Of a DNA stretch of 64,000 nt, positions 31,261 through 40,791 are shown in pieces. Position 1 is the stretch's first letter; the number at the start of each line of letters is the position of its first letter. The stretch is from an uncultured Porphyromonadaceae bacterium. Its GTDB lineage: Bacteria; Bacteroidota; Bacteroidia; Bacteroidales; UBA12481. The position numbers were made by a program, and so were the translations under genes. The stretch covers positions 16,636-80,635 of the forward strand of contig CAYHCO010000011.1 in NCBI GenBank assembly GCA_964355105.1, written 5' to 3'. Under the pieces are notes generated by a model. That model was not told the DNA's origin and searched no databases. It saw only the letters and a list, made by a program, of their open reading frames with translations.

Positions 31261-31770
31261 TTATTTGATTTTTATTGGAATTCCTGAAACCATGAGAAAT
31301 ACTTCGGTGGCTGAAATGGCGACATGCTGGTTGATCCAGCCATTGAGGTCAGCAAACTTTCTGGCATGTTCATTTTCCGGATGTACTGCCATGCCCAATT
31401 CATTACCAACGACAATGAGAGTTGCATCTTTGCTGATGAACAGATCCCATTCAGCGATGGCTTGCCCTTTAGCTTTTTCCATATCAAATCCGGCATCATA
31501 AAATAGATTTGTCAGCCAGAGGGTAATGCAGTCCAGCACCACGGTCTTATCCGTCAGGTCAAGCCGGCTCAATTGCTTATCTTCTTCCAGAGTGGTCCAA
31601 CGCTCGTCTCGGTCGGCTTGGTGATGCCGGATCCGCTCCTTGAAATCATCATCCCAAACCCTGGCAGTGGCAAGGTAAACTGGTGTCGATGATTTCTCAA
31701 GGGCCAGCGTCTGCGCAAACCGGCTCTTTCCTGAGCGCTGGCCGCCTGTGATGTAGATGATCTCCTTCAT
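31261..31770 (-). CDS. cobU: Adenosylcobinamide kinase / adenosylcobinamide-phosphate guanylyltransferase
   Basis: 169 aa. ITGGQRSGKSRFAQ P-loop, YLATA, IRHHQADR. Confidence 0.9.
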   Translation of the reverse strand: MKEIIYITGGQRSGKSRFAQTLALEKSSTPVYLATARVWDDDFKERIRHHQADRDERWTTLEEDKQLSRLDLTDKTVVLDCITLWLTNLFYDAGFDMEKAKGQAIAEWDLFISKDATLIVVGNELGMAVHPENEHARKFADLNGWINQHVAISATEVFLMVSGIPIKIK

Positions 31771-31771
31771 A

Positions 31772-33904
31772 TCAGAACTGATAAGTCAGATTGCCAAATA
31801 TCATTCGCCCGGGCATATAAAAGCTGTCCTTTTCGGTATAATTCTCATCGGTCAGGTTCTGGATTTCCACCCCTATTTTCCACCTTCTCATGAACATGTA
31901 ACTGCAGGAGAAATCAATAACAAGGAAATCGGGGTGTTCGAGAACAAAGGTATTTATCAGGCCTTGACGAATCGGGAATCCTTCCTGAGTGGTAAAAGGA
32001 ACATTCAGGTTGGTACTGTAGTCGAACATATATAACCAGTTGTCCTCCAAACGGTGACCGATATATCTCGCATTCAACCCTGTCGTGAATCCTTTGAAAT
32101 TTTCGAATTGGATACCAAAGGAAGCATTGTTCTTTCGCACATATTTCATGTCTGAAATTTGCCCGCCTGTTTGAAACTCAGCCCTAAACAGGTGGGTAAA
32201 ATTGGTATAAAGTTTCAGGGAAAAACGATAATCAGCGAACACTCCACAATCAAAAGCCAGGTTTCCTTCCAGTCCGCTCATTTTTCCATTGTCAGAGTTA
32301 ATAAAGGTAGTGGTGTCATGATTGGAGTAATCATACACAATCATCCCACGATGATTGCTCGCAAACAGGGTAATGTCTGCCGACAATCCAAGCTTCCTTT
32401 TTGAAAATGACAAACCGAAATCTACCGACTGGGAGGATTCGGGTTTTAATTCAGGATTGCCCCGATATACCTTGGCTCCGTAAGTCGATGTAAATGAATA
32501 GGTTCCTGTCTTCTTGAATGCATCGGGTGCCAGAAAAGCGGTGCCGGCACTGGTGTGAAGTTTCAATCCAGGAATAATGGAATACTGAATTCCGAAGTTT
32601 GGATTTACCGTGTTGTAAATCTCTGTTGCCTTCGAAATGTCCATATATTCAGTATCATGAATTTTAAATGAAATGAGATCATACCTGGCTCCGGTGGAAA
32701 GATTCAATTTGTTGTTCAGCAAACTGATCCGGTACTGAAAAAATGCACCTGTCGCCATGTTTGTATTATCAGGCTGATAGGGAGCCCCGGGATTTGAACG
32801 ACCCAGCCACTGTTTAGAGGTGTACCGGTCAGATTTATTATCGATCCCAAACACCAGGGTATGATTATCCAAAACCACCTCATCTTGGATAATAAATCCG
32901 TAGGTGTTAGCATTATTTACATTTGTAATGTAATGATCTTCAGATAAATCATTGAAATAGGTTTCTTTATCATTAATGAAATAGGGACTGAACCTCATTG
33001 AATGACGGCCTTCTTTTCCAGTGATAATCATACTTTGACTTAGCCTTTGAAGATCTTTCTGCTGTTGTCCGTAGATTCCCCAGAATGTACCGTTCATCAG
33101 GACGTCATTTGCCAGGAATAGATCTTCGAACAAGCTTACCTGCCAATTCTTACTGATATCCCAACCCAATCGGAACCCCGCATTATATTTGTTATAACTG
33201 GAATTTAAAAATGGTTTGTTATAAGAGAGAGAATCCATTATTTCTTTTTCCAGATCCGTCATCTTCAAGATATTACGGCTGCCTGTTTTAAAATCTTTTT
33301 GCTGGGTGAATCCTTTTGCATATAAATCAAAATTCAACTTTTTCCCTAAGCTGCCTCCCATATTTACAGTTGCCTGTCCGGTACCGTAGGTGCCACCGAC
33401 AATCCCAACATTTCCGGTTAGTTTACCCCGGGTCACAGGGGTAACAATATTTACAATGCCTGCCATTGCCCCTGATCCAAAAAAGGCGGAAAAAGGTCCT
33501 TTTAAGATTTCAATCTGCTGAGCCATCTGTAAATCGATGGTGGAAATATTCTGGGTTCCAACGGGCATACCGTTAAGCAGTACCATGGTATAGGTACTTC
33601 CATGGGCATCCGGAGCGAATCCTCTCATTCCGATATTGGACTTCAGCCCGGGGTACTCGACAATGTCCATACCAGCTGTCTTTTTCAGAATATCCCCCAA
33701 ATCCTTTGAGGGGATGCATTCAATATCCTTCTTTTTCAAAACCTGGATACTATGCGGGAGATTTCCCAGGTTAGATTTGGTACGAAAAGCTGTAACAACA
33801 ACCTCTTTAAGATCATATTTCTTGATGGTATCCTGGCCCATGCATGAACCTGCAAGAAAAACTGAATACAAAACAGTTGAAGCGAGTAAGTGTCTGATAG
33901 TCAT
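31772..33904 (-). CDS. btuB: TonB-dependent outer-membrane receptor (BtuB-like by context)
   Basis: Signal peptide. Plug region (LKEVVVTAFR..., IEILKGPFSAFFGSGAMAGIVNI). Beta-barrel with terminal ...GNLTYQF. Sits inside the riboswitch-controlled cob operon. Confidence 0.8.
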   Translation of the reverse strand: MTIRHLLASTVLYSVFLAGSCMGQDTIKKYDLKEVVVTAFRTKSNLGNLPHSIQVLKKKDIECIPSKDLGDILKKTAGMDIVEYPGLKSNIGMRGFAPDAHGSTYTMVLLNGMPVGTQNISTIDLQMAQQIEILKGPFSAFFGSGAMAGIVNIVTPVTRGKLTGNVGIVGGTYGTGQATVNMGGSLGKKLNFDLYAKGFTQQKDFKTGSRNILKMTDLEKEIMDSLSYNKPFLNSSYNKYNAGFRLGWDISKNWQVSLFEDLFLANDVLMNGTFWGIYGQQQKDLQRLSQSMIITGKEGRHSMRFSPYFINDKETYFNDLSEDHYITNVNNANTYGFIIQDEVVLDNHTLVFGIDNKSDRYTSKQWLGRSNPGAPYQPDNTNMATGAFFQYRISLLNNKLNLSTGARYDLISFKIHDTEYMDISKATEIYNTVNPNFGIQYSIIPGLKLHTSAGTAFLAPDAFKKTGTYSFTSTYGAKVYRGNPELKPESSQSVDFGLSFSKRKLGLSADITLFASNHRGMIVYDYSNHDTTTFINSDNGKMSGLEGNLAFDCGVFADYRFSLKLYTNFTHLFRAEFQTGGQISDMKYVRKNNASFGIQFENFKGFTTGLNARYIGHRLEDNWLYMFDYSTNLNVPFTTQEGFPIRQGLINTFVLEHPDFLVIDFSCSYMFMRRWKIGVEIQNLTDENYTEKDSFYMPGRMIFGNLTYQF

Positions 33905-33919
33905 AGATTAAAGTATAAA

Positions 33920-34747
33920 TTATTGATTTCTAAGTGTTTTTCCACCGTTAGTTTGCTGGGTTTGTCCGGTAACCAGAAATACGGCAGGCTTTCCTGAGAT
34001 AGGATGTGGTTTGGTAACTACCAGGGTCTGATAAACATCTTCAATATTCTGATAGGTGAGCACCTGTTCCGGAGTTCCCTGGGTGTGGATGGCACCTTGC
34101 GAGATCAGCACCAAATAATCGCAGTACTCACTGGCCAGGTTCAGGTCATGGATAACAAGCAGTACGGTAAGGCCCATCTCCTCCTTTAACTCCTGCAACA
34201 GGTTGAGAATCTGAACCTGATGTGAAATATCAAGTGAAGCGGTTGGCTCGTCCAGCAATAGCAGGATGGGTTCCTGTGTTAGCGCACGCGCAATCGCAGC
34301 GAGTTGCTTTTCTCCGCCGCTCAGATGATCCATCTTTTCATCGCGTTTATTTACTACCCCGGTCAATTCCATGTAGTGCCTCGCAATTTGCAGATCTGCA
34401 ACGGAATCAAAGAATTGCCAGGGCTTTTGATGCGGTATTCTCCCAAGCAGGACATAATCCTCCACGGAGATTCCCAGACTTTCTGATTCCTGAGTTACAA
34501 TAGCCATTAAACGGGCTTTTTCTTTACGAGGAGCTTCAAGTAAATCCTGATTATCAAAACTTATTTTGCCGCCGGAGTTCTTAATATCACCTGAGATTCC
34601 TCTGAACAAGGTTGTTTTACCGCAACCGTTGGGTCCTATGATACCGGTTATCGATCCCCGGTTGATGGAAAAGCTGACAGGTTTCAGGTGAAATCCACCT
34701 GGGTAACCACAAGTGAAATCAGCTATATTTATGAAGGGATTTTTCAT
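33920..34747 (-). CDS. btuD: ABC transporter ATP-binding protein (FecE/BtuD type)
   Basis: Walker A GPNGCGKTT, signature LSGGEKQ, Walker B LLLLDEP. Confidence 0.85.
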   Translation of the reverse strand: MKNPFINIADFTCGYPGGFHLKPVSFSINRGSITGIIGPNGCGKTTLFRGISGDIKNSGGKISFDNQDLLEAPRKEKARLMAIVTQESESLGISVEDYVLLGRIPHQKPWQFFDSVADLQIARHYMELTGVVNKRDEKMDHLSGGEKQLAAIARALTQEPILLLLDEPTASLDISHQVQILNLLQELKEEMGLTVLLVIHDLNLASEYCDYLVLISQGAIHTQGTPEQVLTYQNIEDVYQTLVVTKPHPISGKPAVFLVTGQTQQTNGGKTLRNQ

Positions 34748-35760
34748 GAACCTGAATTTTTCAAACCAGAGGATCTCGAAAGAACCACCAGAAAAACTAT
34801 TCCACCCAGTAAACCTGTGATCACCCCAATCGGCAGTTCATTGGGCAGAATTATTGTACGGGCAATAGTATCACATGCCATCACAAAGATTCCGCCCCCC
34901 AAAAACGATCCAGCCAGCAGAATCCTATAATCGTTTCCGATGATCATTTTAATGAAATGGGGTACCACCAACCCAACAAACCCGATCAGTCCGGCAACCG
35001 AAACACAAACCCCGGTTAACAGGGAGGCTAAAAGGAAAAGGACCCTCACTGACTGGGTGGTGTTTATACCCAGGTGCCTAGCCCTGGTTTCGCCTAATCG
35101 TAATGCATTTAGTTGTTGCACAAGCAGATAAGATAATACTAGCCCTACGATGGAGATCCAGAAGGTAAACCGGATCAGTCCTTTTTCCGGTTCATCCAGC
35201 GAACCCATAATCCAGAAAATAATATTATGCAAACTCTCAGCGGATGTTGTAGCCATGATCAACATCATGGCTGAGGAGGCGACAAAGCTTATCATAACGC
35301 CAATTAAAAGCATACTGCGGGTTTGGAATAACCTCTTTTTGATACTGAAAGAAAAAACCAGGAATATGGTGATGGCTCCTCCAAGAAAACCAGCTGCAGG
35401 AAGCGCCAGGGTTCCGACAACAAGTTGAAAGCCTGTGGCAATAACGATGGCAACCCCCAAAGCAGCTCCCCCCGAAATTCCGAGTGTGTAGGGTTCAACC
35501 AACGGATTACGAAATACTCCCTGCAGGATTACGCCTGAAAGACTTAGTGCTCCGCCAACCGCGAACCCAAGAATGATTCTGGGCAAGCGTATTTCCGTGA
35601 GAATAGTGTATTCCATCCCATGGCCGTTCATCAGTGTGGAAATCACTTCTAACGGCGAAAACCGGATTTCCCCTGCCGATAATGAAAAAAGTGCCGTCAG
35701 GATTACCAGTGGAAATATGACAATCATAAACAGGAGCCAGCCTTTGTACTTGGTTTTCAT
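34744..35760 (-). CDS. btuC: FecCD/BtuC-family ABC permease
   Basis: 338 aa with ~9-10 hydrophobic spans. LGISGGAALG and RILLAGSFLGGG are typical of FecCD permeases. 4-nt overlap with the ATPase gene. Confidence 0.85.
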   Translation of the reverse strand: MKTKYKGWLLFMIVIFPLVILTALFSLSAGEIRFSPLEVISTLMNGHGMEYTILTEIRLPRIILGFAVGGALSLSGVILQGVFRNPLVEPYTLGISGGAALGVAIVIATGFQLVVGTLALPAAGFLGGAITIFLVFSFSIKKRLFQTRSMLLIGVMISFVASSAMMLIMATTSAESLHNIIFWIMGSLDEPEKGLIRFTFWISIVGLVLSYLLVQQLNALRLGETRARHLGINTTQSVRVLFLLASLLTGVCVSVAGLIGFVGLVVPHFIKMIIGNDYRILLAGSFLGGGIFVMACDTIARTIILPNELPIGVITGLLGGIVFLVVLSRSSGLKNSGS

Positions 35761-35763
35761 GAG

Positions 35764-36294
35764 CTAGTATTCGATACCTTCCCGGCTGGTGATTTTATAA
35801 TCGTATGGATGGCGGATTTTTGTCATATTGGTTACATAATCAGCCAACTCAATCATTCGTTCGGTTGCTCCCCGCCCGGTGAGTACCAGCTCAAGATGTT
35901 TCGGTTTTCCTGAGATGAACTTCAAAAGCTCATCTTCCTCCAGGTAGCCATCCCTCACAGAAATGATAATTTCATCGAGTATCATAAGATCAAAACTATC
36001 CTGTTCCAACAGCTCTTTAAGCTCAAATAATCCCTGCGGTGATTCGGTTTTCAGATTATTCGGGCTGATGGATGTATCGCAATGGGGATGGCCCTTTGCA
36101 AATCCCAGAATCCTGGCACCCAGTTTCTCGAGATTCTGTATTTCGTTATATCCGTATTTTTCAGGCTGTTTATGAAAATATACATAGCATACCCGCAGAT
36201 CATGGCCCAATGCCCGCACAGCAAGGCCAACGGCGGAAGTTGTTTTTCCTTTCCCGTCGCCGGTATAAATGTGAACTTTCCCTAATGGATTCAT
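35764..36294 (-). CDS. cobO: Cob(I)yrinic acid a,c-diamide adenosyltransferase
   Basis: YTGDGKGKTTSAVG, LDEII, TGRGA. Confidence 0.9.
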   Translation of the reverse strand: MNPLGKVHIYTGDGKGKTTSAVGLAVRALGHDLRVCYVYFHKQPEKYGYNEIQNLEKLGARILGFAKGHPHCDTSISPNNLKTESPQGLFELKELLEQDSFDLMILDEIIISVRDGYLEEDELLKFISGKPKHLELVLTGRGATERMIELADYVTNMTKIRHPYDYKITSREGIEY

Positions 36295-36300
36295 AATGTT

Positions 36301-37176
36301 TTAGTATATAAAATCAATGATTTCCTTAAGAATTTCCCTGAAATGATCTGGAGAAGGACTGCAGGCTTTGTCGGCATCGACAACCAGAATTTTATGATTC
36401 CGTGCTGCATTCAGTTCCGGATACTTTCCCCATTCTTTTCGCTCCTGTTCACCAAAAATGCCCATCGTGGTAACAATGATTATATCGGGATTCCGAATAA
36501 GGATGCTTTCGCGGCTTGCTGTTCCATGCTTAAAATCGGAGGCTATATTTTTTCCGCCTGCCATTGTAATAAAGTCATCCATGAATGTTCCCGACAGGAC
36601 CGAAAATATTGGATTTGCACCGATTTGAAAAAAAATGGTTGGCTTGCTGTTGCCTTTCGGAACCCTCTCCAGTATACTGCTGACCTTTTGCTTTTCCAGA
36701 TCAATAATGCTACGTGCCTCCTTCTCTTTCCCGGTTACTCTTCCAACCTCAATAAACTGTTCGCAGATCTCTTCGTACGATTTCGGTGTGTTAAATACTT
36801 CCACATGCAAGCCAAGCTGGCGGAGCTTCTGAATGGTTTCAGGCATTGTGAGCGAAGTCGCCAGCACCAGGTCGGGCTGAAGCGAAAACACTTTTTCTAT
36901 GTTAACCGTAATTGCTGTTGCCACTGTTGGAATTTTGCAAGTATCAGGCAGGATGCAATAAGTGGTACAACCAATAAGCCTGTTCGATATGCCCAGTGAA
37001 AGGAGGGATTTAGTCAGTGACGGTGACAGGGTAATAATTTTTGGATAACCCTGGCTATACAGGGGAAAGGCTGCCAACCAAAGCAAGGCGGCAAGGCAGT
37101 ATGCCATCTTTCTGATGTGTCGCATCCCAAACTTTTTTACGCTCCTGGAAGTTGCCTGAAAACCACCTGTTTTCAT
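36301..37176 (-). CDS. btuF: Periplasmic cobalamin/siderophore-type substrate-binding protein (BtuF-like)
   Basis: Class III PBP pattern (KIITLSPSLTKSLLSLG, PDLVLAT, NPDIIIV). Starts at MRHIRK (37125) or MAYCLAALLWLAAF (37107) would give a better signal peptide than the longest ORF. Confidence 0.8.
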   Translation of the reverse strand: MKTGGFQATSRSVKKFGMRHIRKMAYCLAALLWLAAFPLYSQGYPKIITLSPSLTKSLLSLGISNRLIGCTTYCILPDTCKIPTVATAITVNIEKVFSLQPDLVLATSLTMPETIQKLRQLGLHVEVFNTPKSYEEICEQFIEVGRVTGKEKEARSIIDLEKQKVSSILERVPKGNSKPTIFFQIGANPIFSVLSGTFMDDFITMAGGKNIASDFKHGTASRESILIRNPDIIIVTTMGIFGEQERKEWGKYPELNAARNHKILVVDADKACSPSPDHFREILKEIIDFIY

Positions 37177-37212
37177 ACTTTTTTCCCGAAGTTTGTATTC
37201 AACATAAATACA

Positions 37213-37400
37213 ATCAGGCAGGTCTTCTGGCTCATCCTGACCTTCGGGACCTTCCCAACTGCCGGGTGGCAGTCAGTGGTATTTTCCCAAAAACTCCCGG
37301 CAAAAATGCCGGGACAGGATTTACAGCTGCGGGTACAGCTCCGGAATTAAACCGGATTCCCATATTAAGGTTCGTCACAAACAGGACGAATCCACCTTGA
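37213..37400 (-). promoter_or_regulatory. Cobalamin (B12) riboswitch leader of the btuF-cobQ operon
   Basis: The minus strand reads ...GGTGGATTCGTCCTG...TTAATATGGGAATCCGGTTTAATTCCGGAGCTGTACCCGCAGCTGTAA...GCCGGGAG...CCACTGACTGCCACCCGGCAGTTGGGAAGGTC...GAGCCAGAAGACCTGCC. This matches the conserved cobalamin riboswitch core, including the B12-box-like GCCACTG and AGCCAGAAGACCTGCC segments. Confidence 0.85.
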
Positions 37401-37405
37401 CGAAG

Positions 37406-37413
37406 CAAATATA
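37406..37413 (-). promoter_or_regulatory. Candidate Bacteroidota -7 promoter box (TAnnTTTG)
   Basis: The minus strand reads TATATTTG just upstream of the riboswitch 5' end. Confidence 0.5.
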
Positions 37414-37464
37414 TAGATTTTAAAAAGAAAGGCAAATCATATTGGACCTATCTCACTCGCGATA

Positions 37465-37884
37465 CTAATCCACGTGTTTTATTTCCCCGACTCCATGTTG
37501 CAGGACATCCTTCAAATTGGCTTTGCCCGAATAGTGAATGTATCCCACACCCGAATGCCTGATGGTGATTTCCTTTTCGGCATGAAGAAGGACATTCCCC
37601 ACTGCACTGTTCTGTAAGGATACCCGGTCGGCAACCAGGTCTCCTGCAGAGAAATCCCCGACTGCCTGATTCTTTATCGTCAGGCTCTCACATTTGCCTT
37701 TGAGCACCACATCGCCCACGGATTGGGATAGGATTTTAATGGCCGGTGCATTCATATCCAATTCGACCTGTCCTTTTCCCGCAATGTGCAGGCGAATAAA
37801 CGAACTCACGCTGATTTCCCTGGATATAATGTTGCCATTCCCCTTGACTTCAATCATTTGCCGAAGTGGTTTAAAATTGACCAT
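37465..37884 (-). CDS. DUF2807 / head-GIN-like beta-helical repeat protein, apparently N-terminally truncated
   Basis: Repeated (V/I)GD(V/F)...G...(L/I) units: SQSVGDVVLKG, NQAVGDFSAG, NSAVGNVLLH, HSGVGYIHYSG, QHGVGEIKHV. No signal peptide at MVNFKPL. The longer track ORF start has no support. Confidence 0.55.
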   Translation of the reverse strand: MVNFKPLRQMIEVKGNGNIISREISVSSFIRLHIAGKGQVELDMNAPAIKILSQSVGDVVLKGKCESLTIKNQAVGDFSAGDLVADRVSLQNSAVGNVLLHAEKEITIRHSGVGYIHYSGKANLKDVLQHGVGEIKHVD

Positions 37885-37931
37885 TTTAGTATGTGTTAAT
37901 TTTGTTTGTCTTTGCCTGGCTGGCTGATGTC

Positions 37932-38108
37932 CGCCTGGAAAAAGCACGTGCTGAGTTGATGAATAAGAACAAATCCATGTCTGAAATAGCCTTTGACCTG
38001 GGGTTCTCCTCGCCCCAGCATTTCAGCTTCGCCTTTAAAAAGAAGTATGGAGTGCCGCCAGGTAGGATTACCGGTGAAGATTCGTATTTTGATTTACCAA
38101 TAGAATAA
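37932..38108 (+). pseudogene. C-terminal remnant of an AraC-family HTH regulator
   Basis: RLEKARAELMNKNKSMSEIAFDLGFSSPQHFSFAFKKKYGVPPGR is only the second HTH of an AraC domain. Upstream frame sequence is unrelated, and the track start is a GTG. Confidence 0.6.
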
Positions 38109-38117
38109 ATCCAGATT

Positions 38118-38693
38118 ATGTACTCTAATCTAATTAATCATATCAACAAGCACATCGACCTTGATGATGATTCCATTGAGGTAATGAATAGGTTTATCAA
38201 ACCTGAAATTCATGGTAAGAAAAAATACTTGTTGAAAGAGGGCCAGATTTGCCGTTCAATTTTTTTTGTCGAGAAAGGTTGCTTGCGTATGTATTTTGTA
38301 AACGATAAAAGGAGCGAGCAGATAACTCAGTTTGCGCTTGAGCATTGGTGGATTTCCGACTTTGCAAGTTTTATGGGGAACAAGCCTTCGGAGTACTTTA
38401 TTCAAACTGTGGAGGAATCAGTGATCTTAACAATCGATCTGAATTCATTTGAAGAAATGCTGCGGGAGCTTCCTCAGATGGAGCGCTATTTTAGAATGAT
38501 AATGGAACGGGAGTGGGCCTCTTCGCAACAACGGATAAAATATATGTACTCACTTTCAAAGGAGGAATTCTATAATCATTTCTGCAGGTCATTCCCCGAA
38601 TTTGTACAGCGTGTTCCTCAATACATGATTGCTTCTTATCTTGGACTTACCCCTGAATATGTTAGTGAACTGCGCAAAAAGAAATTGCCATAA
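38118..38693 (+). CDS. Crp/Fnr-family transcriptional regulator
   Basis: cNMP-binding fold (YLLKEGQICRSIFFVEKGCLRMYF) and a C-terminal HTH (IASYLGLTPEYVSELRKK). Confidence 0.85.
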   Translation: MYSNLINHINKHIDLDDDSIEVMNRFIKPEIHGKKKYLLKEGQICRSIFFVEKGCLRMYFVNDKRSEQITQFALEHWWISDFASFMGNKPSEYFIQTVEESVILTIDLNSFEEMLRELPQMERYFRMIMEREWASSQQRIKYMYSLSKEEFYNHFCRSFPEFVQRVPQYMIASYLGLTPEYVSELRKKKLP

Positions 38694-38789
38694 TGCCATT
38701 TCTTAAGCCAGTTTAATTTTTTGGTAGGGAAGGTCAGGTAATTTTGCCCCGTAAAAGAGGCAAAACTTAGAACCACTAAATGAATCGAA

Positions 38790-39176
38790 ATGAGTGAGAA
38801 TAGAAGATTGTCAGAAAAATTCTTAGAAGTACTTCAACACGAAGGGGTTGTATCCATCGTATCATGGGGTGTTGAACCGCATGTTGTGAATACCTGGAAT
38901 TCATATCTAGTAGTTACAGAAGATGAGCGTATCCTGATTCCTGCATACGGATTCAGGAAAACGGAGAAGAACATCGATGTAAACAATGAGGTTAAATTAA
39001 CCCTGGGCAGTAAAGATGTACTGGGCTACAAGGATTATCCAGGCACTGGTTTTCTGATCAAGGGCACAGCAAAATACATCGGTTCGGGTGAAGAATACGA
39101 TTTTATGAAAAGCAAGTTTTCATTTCTTACCAGAGTGTTTGAAGTTACAGTTGAATCTGCAAAGCAGATGTTATAG
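38790..39176 (+). CDS. Pyridoxamine 5'-phosphate oxidase-like FMN-binding split-barrel protein
   Basis: 128 aa. LEVLQHEGVVSIVSWG...PHVVNTWNSYLVV...ILIP...GTGFLIKGTAKY fits the PNPOx-like small flavoprotein pattern. Confidence 0.65.
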   Translation: MSENRRLSEKFLEVLQHEGVVSIVSWGVEPHVVNTWNSYLVVTEDERILIPAYGFRKTEKNIDVNNEVKLTLGSKDVLGYKDYPGTGFLIKGTAKYIGSGEEYDFMKSKFSFLTRVFEVTVESAKQML

Positions 39177-39252
39177 CCTGGTGGCTGATAACCCCACCAC
39201 AGGGAGTATTCACTTTTCCCTCCTGAATCAGATCCTTCCCCGATCCGGCATC

Positions 39253-39339
39253 CTCTTCATTGGTAAAGGGACCATACACTTCAGCCGCATCAAAAAAGGT
39301 GATTCCGATTTCGTACGCTTTTCGGATCAGTTTATTGGC
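39253..39339 (-). pseudogene. N-terminal remnant of an aldo/keto reductase
   Basis: Minus-strand translation gives ANKLIRKAYEIGITFFDAAEVYGPFTNEE (AKR motif G-I-x-x-F-D-T-A-x-x-Y). It then diverges, with no start codon and no remainder of the barrel. Confidence 0.6.
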
Positions 39340-40683
39340 TTATGTCAGGATGATTTTGTCCAATTCACGTTCAATGCGGTGAACCAGATAAAAGGGTAGA
39401 TTGAGGAGCGTAAAATCTTTACCTGAAACGGTTTTGGCTTTTTGTACTGAATATTCTCCCTGGTAGACCCTGATAGCAATTGAGTGGGGTGCACTTTCCA
39501 TGAACAGGTGGAGCGAACGTAACTTGCCAATACTGCCCGACTTAACCTCAATCGGGATGAGTTTGCCTTTATAAGGGAAAAGGTAGTCAACCTCAGCTGT
39601 GGCATCTACTTTCTCGCGTGTCCAGAAATAGAGATCATTACCTATAGAACAACCGGATGCCAGCAATTCTTGTCCAACAATATGTTCTGCAATTATTCCT
39701 CGGTGCGTTTCGCTGATATCATCGTTAAATACAAGATTGCCCATGATTTTAAGGGAGTGGTTTATCAATCCTGTATCGACCACGTGTAATCTCGGTTTTC
39801 TCGTCAGACTTTGCTTTACGGGTATTTGCGTTGATATGCATGGATATACCAGCTTTATCAACATGGTTTTTTCAACCATCCGAAAAGCTTCTTTCATTTC
39901 ACGTGAACGATAACCTGAATTGCCAAATTTTTCGAAAGTTACCTTTGTGCCGCCTTCCCTGAAAATATTTGCTATAACATGCTGAATATATTGAACCTGT
40001 GCAGCAGAAACAGCATATTTCTCAATATCATCAATATAGGATTGAATCAGATTGCCATACACCTCATCGAGCGAGGTAATATCAGCATTCTGCGCATAAA
40101 GGTTTAACACTTCGGGCATTCCGCCTATTGTGGCATACTTTTTAAATAATGACAGAAATTGCGAATGTAGAAATCCGGGAACTTCCGGTTGTTCGAGCAT
40201 TTCAACCAACTGATTGTTGTCGGTGGCAAACAGAAATTCCCTGAACGAGGAAGGTCGCATGGCCATATATTCCACGCGGCCGACAGGGAACGAAATCTTT
40301 CTGTCCATTATGCTTTCGAGCAACGACCCAGCGGTGATTACATACAAGTCGTTGGCCTCTTCGTAAAAATACCGCAGCAACGCCACAGCCTTTGCGGAGT
40401 TCTGAATTTCATCGATAAAAACAAGTGTTCTTCCGGCATAGCGCTTTTTCCCTGCAAAGAGGAACAGGGTGGTAAGCAAATCAGGGAACGGGTACTCTGT
40501 TTCAAATATCTCCCTTTCATGCGCTTTCTCTAAATTTAGACTGATATACTGGTCGAAATCTTTGGAAAACATTTCAATGGCCGTAGTTTTCCCCACCTGT
40601 CTGGCGCCTCTCATTACCAGCGGCTTACGATTTGTTTTTGTCGCCCACTTTTTTAATTCACCTAAAATATCCCTTTTGAACAT
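39340..40683 (-). CDS. AAA-family ATPase with a DUF4143-type C-terminal domain
   Basis: Walker A GARQVGKTT, Walker B LVFIDEIQ. The C-terminal region (AEVDYLFPYKGKLIPIEVKSG) is typical of the ATPase+DUF4143 family. The likely start MFKRDILGELKKW is 16 codons inside the track ORF. Confidence 0.8.
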   Translation of the reverse strand: MFKRDILGELKKWATKTNRKPLVMRGARQVGKTTAIEMFSKDFDQYISLNLEKAHEREIFETEYPFPDLLTTLFLFAGKKRYAGRTLVFIDEIQNSAKAVALLRYFYEEANDLYVITAGSLLESIMDRKISFPVGRVEYMAMRPSSFREFLFATDNNQLVEMLEQPEVPGFLHSQFLSLFKKYATIGGMPEVLNLYAQNADITSLDEVYGNLIQSYIDDIEKYAVSAAQVQYIQHVIANIFREGGTKVTFEKFGNSGYRSREMKEAFRMVEKTMLIKLVYPCISTQIPVKQSLTRKPRLHVVDTGLINHSLKIMGNLVFNDDISETHRGIIAEHIVGQELLASGCSIGNDLYFWTREKVDATAEVDYLFPYKGKLIPIEVKSGSIGKLRSLHLFMESAPHSIAIRVYQGEYSVQKAKTVSGKDFTLLNLPFYLVHRIERELDKIILT

Positions 40684-40791
40684 GTAATTAATCTTACTGC
40701 TAAATAGGCAAAGATAAACGAAATGGCACAAATTGTGGGCAATATTTCAATAATATTGTCACAGATTGAGGGCAATTTCAGGTTAGCACGG

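Noticed and set aside
38729-38752. Weak hairpin TTTTGCC-N10-GGCAAAA between the Crp-like and PNPOx-like genes, considered as a terminator
   Set aside because: It has a short AT-rich stem, a large loop and no downstream T-run. That is not enough to call.
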